Assembly: GCA_904063045.1 (NCBI GenBank)
Contig: CAJFCJ010000006.1
Span: 5,162,408-5,226,407 of the forward strand
Direction of reading: 5' to 3'
Length of the DNA: 64,000 nt
Source: Dimorphilus gyrociliatus
Lineage: Eukaryota > Animalia > Annelida
The notes beneath the pieces are model-generated. The model ran no database searches, was not told the DNA's origin, and saw nothing but the letters and a program-made list of their open reading frames with translations. Shown in pieces: positions 12,529 to 25,443 of this stretch (positions are counted from its first letter, which is position 1; each line of letters starts with the position of its first letter). A program made the translations under genes and the position numbers.

Positions 12529-14495
12529 CCGTTTCTGTTTTTATTATGAATTCATAACAATTCTAACTGCCAATTATATAGTCTTTTGTAAAGGTTATTG
12601 AAGGAAATTTTTAGTTAAAGAACGTACCATTTACAACTTATTCCTTTAAAAAGAGCTGCATAATTTTCGGCTATTAATATATGTTGACTAGCAGCTCCAC
12701 CCTGTATTCAAAACTTGCAGCATAACAATAACAGTTAACAATTCGGAAGCGCTTTCTTCATGAAATTTACTAGTTTTTTATTCATTGGAATGTTTCTTGA
12801 TTGATGTCGAAAAATTACGAAGAAGTTGTAAATTATATTGTTATAAAATGAATATTAATAATAATTTAGCTATAGAATATTATATATTCTAGTATAAAAC
12901 TACTTGTCATGCAATTATCAGCAGATTATTTTTCCTTTGTATAATTTTCAACTATTCAAACATTAAGCCTTCCCAAATATAAATATTGATAATAAAAAAA
13001 AGAAATAAACATATTTCAATGTTAGCTAAGTAGCTCTCACTTAACATTTCTTTCTTTATCTTCTTCTTTTTAATAATTTCCGGTTTTCAAAGAAACTTGT
13101 TATAATAACACCAAATATACAATTCTATAATATTACCAATTAATGTTTATGGAGTATTTTTTTTACTTATTTATAGCTTTCTATAAAATTTTAGAAATTC
13201 TATTCTTGTTCTCATTCCTGTTCAATATTCAATGTAAGAACATTATGCAAAAGATGAAAAAGTTAAATGTATTTATATCTCTACTATGTGTTTTTATTCA
13301 AATCTTTCTTCGATATTTGAAGAATTTTTATCAATTAACTAAAAACTAAACGGTGGCATTTTACATATTTTAACAGGAAAAGGAAGTCTTCAAACTATTT
13401 CATTTTTATCATTTGTAGTCCATTTATAGATTAAAAAATAAGCTGTCAGTCCATTTCTTTCTATCTTATTATAGCCTTTTCAGCACTGTAGCCATGATAA
13501 TACATTTTATCTGATAAAAATGTTATTATAAAGTATTAGGTAAGTGGTGAAAAGAATCATATGTCATATCGTTATTCATTTCATGGACATTTTTTTTAAA
13601 TTTATTATAGTCAAGATCCTTGAAAATATTGATGTTAACTTGTTAACAATTTTGTTACACTTAGTGTCCTACTTAGTTATAATTGAACTATTTATTAATT
13701 AGTTTTTCTTATTTCCTCATCATTTATTAAAATAATTGTTACGCAATAATTAATTCTAATATAATATCGCGATTAAATTAGTCTATTTTTCGTCGCAGAT
13801 GATATAAATAGTGTAAGGGAAAATATAATAAGCTAAACTTATCCAATTAAAAAAACTTACTGTTCAATAATATATTTTATTGTTAAAAGTTGAGTATTTA
13901 TTTGTAATAGAATGTTTTTATTATTCGCGCTCGGTTGTTCTGTTTAGGAACATTTTCGGTAGACTTATTCCAAAGATACTTGACAAAAATGAACTGACAC
14001 TTTTTAATCAAGTATATACCCTGTCTTTAGTGCCTTCTCTCTTGTTAACCTTTATCCTCTATTTCGTTAGGAATCTAAAGCTTATCGAAAAAGTAAATCA
14101 GTAGGGAAGCAGCAAAAATACCTATTAACGTCAAATCGAGTAATTAATATATTCATTAAGAGAGTACAAACTTATCAAGACTATCAGCAAGATTATTGAT
14201 ACTGTCAGGAATAAACAAGAGATTCTCAATAACATTGATAATAAAAGTTCAGTTTATTTTAAAAGAGATGATAAAAAAGTCAAGTAATTGTGAATAAACA
14301 AAACAGAAACAAACTTTAAAACGTAATTTACTGATGACTAAACAATTTTTTTTTAAACAATCAAGTAATATACTGAATAAAAAGAAAAAAGTTTACTTAT
14401 CATATTCGTCTGCTATACTAACTTTGATGTAAACAAATAAATGGAATGATGCCCAGTCGCTGGTCACTCGAAAATGTATTCCAATAATAAATTTA

Positions 14496-14510
14496 ACATC
14501 CGCCATTTTT
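14496..14510 (+). promoter_or_regulatory. YY1-like motif (CCGCCATTTT) upstream of flightless-I
   Basis: CCGCCATTTT lies about 60 nt upstream of the ATG, and the start context is itself AAAATGGCGG. Motif match only. Confidence 0.3.
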
Positions 14511-14564
14511 AAATTTATGCTATTGCTTGCGTTCCTTTTTTTATTGTTATACTACTCTTACAAA

Positions 14565-17500
14565 ATGGCGGATGCCGAACAAAACGAATTGCAAAAATTA
14601 AGATCCATTCTTCAGTATTTCCTCAAAGGAGTTGACTTATCAAATAATCAATTTATTGGAAATGAATTACCTGAATTATTTAGTAAGCTGTCAACTTTAT
14701 CATGGATTACACTGAAGAACACAAACATTACTGATTTTCCGGAAGTGCTTACAAAATTGACGAATCTTCAACAGATATCTTTATTAAATAGTCGAATAGA
14801 AAGCATTCCGCTTGAAATTAGTAATATTGAGCAATTAAAGAATCTATTACTGAGGAACAATAAATTAAAATCGATCCCCCCGTCCGTTTTTAATTGTAGT
14901 AATTTGGAAACTGTTGACTTAAGCAGTAACCTCTTCAGGGATTCTCCTATCAATTTAGAGGAAGCTAAGAAATGTTTGGTACTAAATTTGTCAAACAATT
15001 CTCTTACAGAGATTCCTTCAAGTGTGTTTGTTGAATTGACAGATTTACATTACTTAAATTTGGCTAATAATAAACTGGAAACTGTACCACCGCAGCTGAG
15101 AAGATTGATCAATTTACGAGTATTAATTCTTAACGACAATGCCCTAAAGCATGCTCAACTTAGGCAAGTGACGTCGCTTGTTAATCTAAAAACTCTTCAT
15201 TTAAGAAACACGCAAAGAGACATGAAGAATTTCCCATCTGGGTTGGACAGCCTAAAAAATTTAACAGACATTGATCTATCTATGAATGAATTGACTAGTG
15301 TTCCAGAATCACTATACCAAGTAGAAGCTTTAAAAAAATTAAACTTAAGCGATAACAATATCAGTGAATTATCATCTTTAATTGACAATTGGGAATATTT
15401 GGAAGTTTTAAACTTATCTAGAAATCGACTGTCTCAAATTCCTAATGCTCTTTGTAAACTATTGAGACTAAGGCATCTATATTTAAACGAGAATGATTTG
15501 ACTTTTGAGACCCTACCTCCCGGTATCGGTAAACTTGGCGAATTGGAAATTTTTTCCGCTGCTGGGAATCACTTAACAACCATACCAGAATCTCTATGCA
15601 GGTGTGGAAAACTGAAGAAAATAATACTTAATTCGAACAATTTAGTTACTTTTCCCGATTCTTATCATTATCTCACTGAACTAGAAGAGCTGGATGTTAA
15701 AAATAATCCTGAATTGCAATTGCCTCCTAAACCTTTAGAATTGATTAAATCGCAAAGAATCAATGACGTTTATAATGTTGATTTTTCCCTGAGTACGCAT
15801 CTGGAAAAAGTTGGTAAAACTGTTCCGTTGGAATCCCAAAAGAAAAAAAAGAAAACTGATACAGTCGCAAGAAAACTGCGCTTAGGTCAAAGGAAGAGAA
15901 TTGACTCGAGAAGTGATGATGGAAAGAGTGATGTTGTTCTTAGTGGAATGAGAAAGCTTGCTGGTAAAAGATTACCGAAAGATGATGAAGAAGAAAGTCA
16001 AGTAAAACCAAAAAAATGGGATGAATTAATTGTGAAACCTAAACTAAATTTCGATGAACTTTTCCACGATGATGATGAAATAGGTCAATTCCCCGGACTA
16101 ACTATGTGGGAAATAGACAACTTTCTACCCCGATTAATGGAAAAACCGACAAATGTTTTTTACAACGAAGATTGTTATATTATTCTTGACACACATATTG
16201 ATGAACACAAAAATTTAAATTGGAGAATTTGGCATTGGATTGGAAGCAAATCGACTTTAGATAAAAAAGCAGCTTCTGCTATTCATTCTGTAAATTTAAG
16301 AGATTATCTAGATGCAAAATGCATGTGTCGGAGGCAGGAGGAAGCCGATGAAGACGAAGAATTTCTCTCCCTATTCGATGATTGTCATGTAGAATATGTA
16401 GATGGTGCTAGAGCAGAAAGTGGTTTTTACGTCCACGACGAAGGAGATGTTCCAACAAGAATGATTTGTGTTCGACATAAACACCCACCGTATTCAGTTG
16501 CCCCTCTTGCGTCGTCTTTAAACTCTTACTTGTGCTATGTCATAACAACGAAAGCAGTTATTTGGGTATGGAATGGTAGCGATTCTAAATTGAATCTTAA
16601 ATCAAGAGCACGACTTATTGCTGAGAAAATTAACAAAGTTGAATATAAATCGGAGGCCGATATTCGAAATATTCAGCAAGACACCGAAACAGAAGAATTC
16701 TGGGATTTAATTGGAGGTGAAGGTCCAGCTTCTTATGACAATGAAGAAGTGGATAAAACTTTTCATCCAATTTTATATAGAGTTAATATTCGTAAAGGTT
16801 CCAAATTTATACTCTCTCAAATCGAATTGAGAACGAAATCATTAACTAAGGATCTTTTGACAAGTGATGGCGTATATATTCTTGATACTCTTCACGATGT
16901 TTTTATTTGGTTCGGAAAGAAAACTAATAAGATGATTCGAAATATATCTAGTATGATTGTTAAACTATTATTATGGAATATGGTAGATAGGAATAGAAAT
17001 GCCGACTTTCTTATATATACAGAGAACATGGAAAGTGTTTTGTTTAAACTTCAATTTAGGGGATGGGACGACGTTATTCATGTAGACTTTACAAGGACTT
17101 CTGAATCTGTTGCGAGAAGAGGATTAGATCTCAAAGAGATTGTAGAAAAGGATAAGATGAAAGCTGATTTAAATGCACTGCTTAGTCCTATTCAGGAGAG
17201 ATTGGATGATTATGATGCTGAACAAATTATATCTGATTACGGAGCTACAACTTATATTAAACAAGCACTTGTCTTAGAAAGTAGTGGTCGGAAGAAAATT
17301 GCTTTGCCAAAGGAGGAATATGGACACTTTTACAGTGCAAATACCTATGTATTTTTTATAGAAGAGCAGGAAGATGATGATATAGACGATGAAGACGATG
17401 AATCTGAACCTACATCTTTTGTCACAATGTACTGCTGGCAAGGAAGAGACGCTCCAGCAGTTGAACTGTCAACGTTCAAATTAGAATTGGATCTAAAATT

Positions 17501-18354
17501 GAGTAGTATGAATATTGATATGGTTATACAAAGTCAACAACAAGAGGATCCATCTTTTCTTATGGCTTTTCAAAATAAGTTTGTCATTCATAGAGGTAGG
17601 AGACCGCTAAAGAACACTGGCGAAGCCCGTTTGTATGAACTAAGATCAACTGCAAGTATCATTTGTTCTCGAATGATTGAGCTACCGAAATTAGACGCAA
17701 CCTTATTAAATTCTCAACTATCTTTTGTTTTGGTCGTTCCTTTTGAATCTGGGGGTGGTGTAGTGTACGCATGGATTGGTTCAAAGTGCTCCAACAGTGA
17801 TTCCCACAATTGTATTGAAATTGGAAACAAAATGCTTACACCACCTGACTACGCTTTTCAGGTTGTTAACGAGGGGTCTGAGCCCGACCTCTTTTTCTGG
17901 GAAGGTATCAATGGCAAAAAACCGTACGATTCATCTGCTAATTTCTTATTAGTAGCCAGATTATTTAGATGTTCTAACGATAAAGGTAAAAAATAAGATT
18001 TAGGAAGAGTTATTTTCTTTTTAAATTTATGTTTCCTCTTTAAAAACAGGATACTTTACTGTCTCGGAGAAAACGAGAGATTTTTGTCAAGATGATCTGG
18101 CAGAAGATGACGTTATGATTTTAGATTCCGGTAGAGTTATTTTTCTGTGGATTGGACCTAAAGCTTCTCAAATTGAAGTAAAATTCGCTGGTCGAGCAGC
18201 TTTAATGTATAGGGAACACTTAAAGATTGTTGAAAAAGAGAACCCTAGGAAAATAAGTGCAGCATTAAAAGGAAGAGAACCAAGAGAATTTACAAGGTGC
18301 TTTCACGCGTGGTCAACACATAAAATGCACGCAGTTGAATCAATTACTCGCTGA
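14565..18354 (+). CDS. FLII: Flightless-I homolog (LRR + gelsolin repeats)
   Basis: Exons 14565-17985 and 18050-18354, separated by a 64-nt GT-AG intron that restores LFRCSNDKG|YFTVSEK..DFCQDDLAEDDVMILD. N-terminal LRRs begin ..KGVDLSNNQF, followed by gelsolin repeats. The likely start is MADAEQ at 14565, not the ORF-track start at 14517. Confidence 0.95.
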
Positions 18355-18674
18355 AAATTTAGTTATCATGTTTTTTCTTTTTTTATCTTAGTTTTTTTTT
18401 TAAAAATGCTTTATATCTTCTCCTTCCACCGCCCTGATTTGATGAACCTTTTTTTGTGTATATGTTTTCTTTTTTTTGTTTATACAGAATTTTTTTCTTC
18501 AGTGTTCTTTTTGGTGCCTGAATTTAAAAATAAATACTTAAACTATTTAAATTATTTATTACATGAAAAAGAGATATAAATCATAAATTAATTTTCTGTA
18601 ATCATAAAAACGATAAAAGTAAGGAAGTTAATATGCTTTTTTTTTGAATTTTTACAGTTAGTGATAGTTCAAAA

Positions 18675-19676
18675 TTATTTAGCCGTCTGTGGTAATTGAG
18701 GTAAACCGAACTCGTCTACAGGTACACCATCCTTATTTGTTTGTGCCCCTGGTTCCGTTGATGGGACACCTGGAGCATCGCTTGCAGCTTGATCCAAATA
18801 TCCTGTATCCTCATCCAGAGCAATTTCGTCACCTAATGCATCAAGTTCTGCAGCCAGTTCATCATCATCCACCTCTGGCATACCGTAACTTCTTCCCATA
18901 ACTTCTTGAACATCATTTGCTTGATCCATGAGATCTTCCATTTGGTCTTGCAGATCATCAATTTTATCAATATTAATATTCTTATATTCTTTTTTGAATT
19001 GTTTTACTCCAACCGCCATGGCATCTACAGTTGCTTTGGTATCTTTCAGACTCTGAATTCCATAGCTGGTTTGCTCAAGATTGAAACCCTGATTGCGCAA
19101 TTGTTCTAGCTGTTGTTCATATCTTTTCTTTTCTTTAAGGACTCTGATTGCTTTTTGCTTAACGCTATTCTACAAAAAATTAGAAAAATAGAACATGTAA
19201 TATTGTTTGGATGAGCATATTATTCTTAACGCTTAAAACTTGATTTTTTATAATATGATAGTTGTGTACAAATTGCAAATCTATTTATAATGTGCATAAA
19301 AATTAACCATTTATGACTTTGTCATAAACGCCAACTTCAAAATGATGGTAGAAAATGAGTCATGAGAATGTGCCAAACTGCTATTCTATTGTACTAAAAA
19401 AACGAAAATAAAAAATAAACAATATTACTTTCGCTGGTCCGTCTCTCATTTTGGCCATTTGATCTTTAAACTTTTTTAAATCCATCTCTAATTTACCAAT
19501 CTTCTTTTCAATTGACTCCACCCGACTGTCAATCTAAAAGTACAAATTTCCCTTGTTCAAAAATATCTTGTTCTTATATTTGAAAAACCATTTTTAATAA
19601 TACTTACATTAGACACACACTCGTTTAGATCTGGTGGGGGTTGTTTTGGAGCTGAGGATCCGAAAATTCTTCTCAT
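18675..19676 (-). CDS. CHMP5: Charged multivesicular body protein 5 (ESCRT-III, Snf7 family)
   Basis: Exons 19676-19608 ([20 protein letters not shown]), 19533-19429 and 19169-18675. C-terminal [10 protein letters not shown]. Confidence 0.95.
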
Positions 19677-19774
19677 TTTTGTTTTTCGTGTTGTTTGACT
19701 GTCCCAAGATCTATTTAAAATGTGAGCTTTTAGCCGTTTCTTATGACTATGAATAAGTGTAGAAAACCAACATA

Positions 19775-19782
19775 TGACGTCA
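19775..19782. promoter_or_regulatory. CRE palindrome TGACGTCA upstream of CHMP5
   Basis: Perfect palindrome about 100 nt upstream of the CHMP5 ATG. Motif match only. Confidence 0.3.
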
Positions 19783-20434
19783 TCAAATAGTGTGCAGCAC
19801 TTATTTTATTCAAGTATAAATTTAAGGTTTCAAGATACACCTAAAGATTTTAGTTATTTACTCGAGTATAATTAATTTTTTTCTTCAAATAGTGATTTTG
19901 GTACAAACTGAAATAAGATATATCATTTAAAATTACTTTATTAGAGCTTCCGTTGTGAAACTTATGAATATTAATAACACACCAATTGCACTTTTATACT
20001 ACACTATCTATTGTTCTCTTTACTCTTCGTTTAAGAAACTGATTATTAAATAACTAAATTCCAACTCTTAGTTGTAAATGCATAAAGTGGTGGCAAAAGT
20101 TTTACAAGAAATTTTATATTTCAATGACAATTGTTAAAATAACCACAAATACGGAAAAAATGAATGCGTAACTTCAATCTGACTTGGAATATCAATAGAT
20201 AAAATTTATTAATATAACGTTACTTTGGAAAAGTAGCAAATTTTCTTAAAATTTATATGGAAAACTATGATGAAAAGAGAATTTTTTTAAACTTAGAGAT
20301 TCATGAATATTCAAAACCCATATGACGTACCAATATTAGCGTGCATTTACTGCGGGCTGTCGTCACTAGTAAGATGGCGATCGCGCGAAATAATTGAAAT
20401 ACTTTTATTTATAGTTAATCGAATTTTTACTGAA

Positions 20435-21605
20435 ATGTCGTTGTCTTTAGATATTTTAAAAGAAAATTTTAGCCACATAATTGAAAATGCATCTCCCGAT
20501 GTAATTGATCGTTTTGTTGTATGGCTTGATATGAAAATTTCAGAATTTAAAGTTAACGGTAAAATGAACTTAGGTAAATTCTTTTAATTGTTATTCAATA
20601 TATAAAAAAAATTTGTTGTTAACAGTAAATTTATTTAATTAATGTATTCTAATATGTCTTTGTTATGAAATGTTATAACAATTCTCATAATTCAAACTTT
20701 TATAAGTTTCAATACATCGCATACTTCGAATTCCAGACGCCAATGGCAACATAACGAACGAGAATGAATCAAAATGGCTAAAAAGTTTAACTGAATTTTG
20801 CTCTAGAGACTCTGACAATAGTAGCCCCACAACACCTGCATCTTTTACTAGACAGAGTCGTTTTCGTAAAGTTCTTCACGCTTTCAAATGTTCTAAATGT
20901 AGTCGACGATTTCTAAAGAAGGAGCAATTACTTAAACACAGAGCGGCATGTAGTTTTAGAATAAAAAGCAGCCTCAGATCTTCACCCAAAGCCGAACCTT
21001 CACCGCCACCATATCCTCAACCTTCGCATAACGATTCTACATCTACAGTTGTTATAAATTCTCCCAAAAAAGTATCTGAATCTTCAAAGCTAGCTTTGGC
21101 TGTAAAAAGTTTAACAGGTGAAAATTCCGATCTAATTACGAAGTGGAAAAGTTTAAATAATTTGGAAGAGGATGATGAGATAGAAGCTGGAGTTTCAAAG
21201 AACGAATACCTTTCAAAGAGTGAATATCTAGCTACAAGCCTTTTAGACAGTCAACATGAAAGGGGTTATAGTAATTCATATTATACTCTTTTAAGAACAA
21301 AACTCTTAAAAGGTAAGTCAAATAAATGATAAAAAAGCTCTTTTTTTCATTCAAATTTTAATTGAACAGGTGAAGTTTCGACAGCTGCTAGCATGTATTC
21401 AAGTATGATGTCACCAAAGACGTCAACGCCTATACCTGAGCCAACGTTTCCGTCTAGAAAACGTGATCAAGGAGGTCAAATAAAAGTAAATAGTGACAAA
21501 GGCGATGCGAAATGCTATGTATGTTCTCGTTGTAGTTGCTCAAGTATGAATCCAGAATATGTTTTTACACATATCTGTGATCAAGATGACGCGGAATTAA
21601 ATTAA
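20435..21605 (+). CDS. Uncharacterised protein with two atypical C2HC-type zinc-finger-like motifs
   Basis: Probable exons 20435-20573, 20707-21312 and 21370-21605 with phase-1 GT-AG junctions. Motifs CSKC-x12-H-x3-C and CSRC-x12-H-x-C, with an S/P-rich linker. The start codon is uncertain. Confidence 0.6.
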
Positions 21606-21723
21606 AAGAAACATTGTTATTCATTTTACTTTATTATTAAAAAAAATTTGTTTTAGCTGTTTATTTTTTTTTTTAAAAAAATAAATAATAAGTATATTTA
21701 TACTTCTAAACCCGAAATCATTC

Positions 21724-22899
21724 CTAAAAAGCGGAGGCGCCAAAGACATGTTGAATGACGTTAACATGTCTCTTTAAAGGATCAATTATTAAATAGGCGA
21801 AATCTTGCATATGGTTCTTAGTTGACGGAAAGTAGATAGCTCCATCCTTCTCCTAATAAGAAAAACATTACAGCATTGTTAATTTCTATTTTATCACTTA
21901 CAAAAGCTGTAACTTTAAACGCTATAGATTGAACTTTAAGCTTATTGCTGTTTGAATCCTTGACAACGCTGTAACAGAAAATGAGATTTGCTCTAATTCA
22001 AGTATTCGGAGTGCAAGTATTTCATCTATTCAGTTGTACCTTACAAGATCTTTATACAATCCTTTTGTAATGTCCAAATATGGCTGGAGTTCATCCTCGT
22101 ATTGGCAAACTTGACCTCCGATACAAAGATGTCGAAATAAACGGAAAAGTAGTTCACTTTTCTCTGATTCGTCGAATATGTCATAATAATCAGACTCTTC
22201 GCTCAACATCATCTAAAATATAAATATTGTTCAAACGTTTCCAGTATGTCTTAAACAAAACCTTTCTTAGTTCATCTGAGGCAATGAACTCGTCAATATA
22301 TTCATCCAAACATTTACATAATGCTCCACTTTCTTTGGCAACTCCTTTATATAGTTTATCGAAAAAATCCATTGAAATCACTGTGACTGGTATTGTTTCG
22401 ACCTTAACACTTTTAGCTTCTATTCCTATATGTTATCATTTAAACAATTTTGCATGAATAAGATGAAGAATGTTCAAATCTTACCAATTGGAGACCATTT
22501 TCCTGAAGATGAGAGTGATTTTAGGCTACTTGTTACTTCTGGGTCCTTAAAGAAATCCTATAATATTAAGAACAAGAAAAAGCAATCAAAAATAAGTACA
22601 ACTTATAAATAGAACATCTTTGGCTTTAATTTTTGCATATATATGTTTAAGAAATGCTTCACCAAAACAAATTCATCTTTTTCGTATTCTTTAAACTGCT
22701 TGTCGAAGAGGAAACCTTGAATTAGAATTCTATCTTTCATTGACCTGTAAAAGTGACACTTTTTATGTAAAATTTTGTGAATTATTATTTACTATATTAA
22801 CCATTTCAATAATCTTTCTTGATTCTCCTTATTTTCAAAGAAAGAGAACTTTTTATTTGGCAGAGACCTGAAAGCAAATTTCGCACGTTCGGAAGCCAT
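21724..22899 (-). CDS. CFAP300: Cilia- and flagella-associated protein 300 (C11orf70), dynein arm assembly factor
   Basis: Multi-exon. MASERAKFAFRSLPNKKF..LLKW|SMKDRILIQGFLFDKQF..; LLFRLFRHLCIGGQVCQYEDELQPYLDITKGLYKDLV; terminal AYLIIDPLKRHVNV. All match recalled CFAP300. Confidence 0.88.
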
Positions 22900-23778
22900 T
22901 CGTAAACACAGGAATCTCTATGGAATAGTATTCAATGATAAAAACAATATCGCAATTTTTTAAAGCGGAACGGGTGACCAGACTACTTTAAGACTAAAAG
23001 TAATATGGGTAATTGACATACAAATCGCTAAAGAAAATGTTGAACATTAGTAACAGTTTTGAAAAGCCCTTGATTAAATCAAATATTTCTAATAAAACAT
23101 GGAAATAAACGAACGGTCTTGAATAAAAAGTAGATGCTATGGAAAAGTTTTTCTTTACTTCAATAAATAAACTCTAAAGAAATATTTAGAAAAAATTAAA
23201 CTTTATTATAACTTTAAATAGCACATTTTAGGTGAAAAAAGAATTTAAGCAATTGATTATATATAGTAGAAACAATCAACACGTTAAAATGAGAATGTAA
23301 GTCGACGATAGTATCAATGTTAAAAAAAATTAAAACTATATTTAAGAGTAAGGATCAAAAACTGAAAGATCTATGTAAGACCCTTTAATGTTCAAGTGTA
23401 AGATGGAGGTTAAATCTATCTACTAGCTTATAATATTCGAAAAGAAATCTTTTTAACTCTTAAAGCATTAACTCAGTCATACTTGGATCATTTACTGTTT
23501 AGGCCAGCGTAGCTTCTACTCTAAGGAGACTTGATATTTTCTTTCATCCAAAAGGAAACTTTAAGTACATAATTATTTATCTGAAGAAAATTTTCCCGTA
23601 ATCTTCAAGCTTCCTTTAAAAAGTATAATGAAAACTTGTACTCCTCTTATACAGTATAGATGTAACTGAAATCAACTATTTATTGGTTGGGAACCAGACT
23701 TTCTCGCCTGTCGGATAAAGCAGACGACATAGCTCGTTTTAGGATTTCAAATTTTACTGCAATAATATTATCATTAGA

Positions 23779-25390
23779 ATGGAATCAGCTAATTGCTCCA
23801 GAGAGAACAAATCTCTTTTAAAGTTAGTACTTATTGTATCAGTATTGAAAAGAATTTAGGTTTTTATATGTCAATACACAATTCATTAGCGCCGAAGAAT
23901 TATCGACATATAGAATTGCTGCTGAAAAAAGTCTTCTACAACGAGGTGGAGTGAAAGATTATTGTCCAGTAAAAGGGAACCTAGAACAAGAAAGTAAAAT
24001 AAACGAATTTAGAAGAAAATATATCGAACTAATCAAACAAGAACGTGTTGATAAAAAGTAACTAATTTGCTATCTCTTGAACTAGTCTGGAATTGTTCAT
24101 ATTCGATATCTGTACTGACATTTCTTTCAAAGGGATTCTTTAGGTAGAGCAGAATGGCTTGATGATAAAAAACTGGCTAAACAAACAAAAGATGTGGTAA
24201 GACGCTTAACATATATATTAAGGCTGAACTCAAGTTCAAATTTCTTTTACAGGGAAAATATCTGAAATATTTCGGACATAATAAAGATAAAGAAATCTAT
24301 TTTTTGCCTGAAGAAATACTCTTTTTAGTCGATATTGGAGCTTATGAGCTGTACTATAAAGATATGTTGCTATCGTTAGAAGAATGTTTTGGTATTTTAC
24401 TCTCAACTGAAAAATTATCTTTGCAAAAGTACCAAGTTTATGCCTACTTAATAAGATTTGGATTTATTGTTAGACGATACCAATCCTCGTATGTGTATTA
24501 TTCTCAAATCATTAAATCAGATAAAATATAAATAATCCCTTCAGCGATCAAGTACAAGCCAAACGGCAATCTAATAGTTCAAAGAGAGACGCAAATAATG
24601 ACGAAAGTGAGACCATTAAGAAAAAACAAAGGGTCGATGAAATGGAAAACAATGATATGTGTTCGGAATCCGTTGCATCCACTTCAATGAATGTTAAATA
24701 TTGTAATTGGGATTATTCAAAAATAGACTTTCCAGATTTTAGTAAACAATCGGTTATTTCTTTACCTGAAGTAGACTCAAAATATCTACCTGGTAGAATA
24801 AATATGCAAAAGAGAGAATATTGTTTTCCCAATGGATTAAATTCTGCCAAATATATAACGGATGTTCCTGGATGCAAAATAATAAAGAACACTGCATCAA
24901 ATTGGAAAGAATTTAAGGAAGTTAATAATTGCGACATTTTAGAAAAATTACAAGCATCTGGTTGTGGATGTCTATGGAGAGGAGAGGTTCAGCCTCTGTT
25001 AAATCCAGCCGAGACAAATACGCAAGGTTTTATTTTTCATTTATCCTTACTAATTCTTAACGTTCTTTTCATACAATTTCAGCATCGATCTTAAAATCAA
25101 TAAAAGCTAATGGTCCCTCTAGAAGTCTGGATGAGAATTTCACAGAGAATGAGTTGATCTTAGATTATGATGTTTATTCACCAGATGGTAATTTTAGGAA
25201 AAGTGCTCCCGGAAGACCTGATTTACGTCTAATTGTAGTGAAGCAGAACGACCAAGTACCTCATATAAATAATATTGAACTTTTAAATCGAAAATTTAAG
25301 GCTAATGTGCCTGTGTATTTCGCAATCGTGTCATCTGGTGATATTTCTTTTGTTAGTCTAATTACCCAAAGTTTACCAGATTTATGTTAA
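23779..25390 (+). CDS. TSEN54: tRNA-splicing endonuclease subunit Sen54
   Basis: Multi-exon. AEEL..QRGGVKDY..QERV; LPEEILFLVDIGAYELYYKDMLLSLEECF..KYQVYAYLIRFGFIVRRY; C-terminal YDVYSPDGNFRKSAPGRPD..FAIVSSGDISF. The start codon is tentative. Confidence 0.85.
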
Positions 25391-25443
25391 AAATAAAATA
25401 AATTTGCGAAAAAAATACTGTACAATATCTATTGACCTAATAA

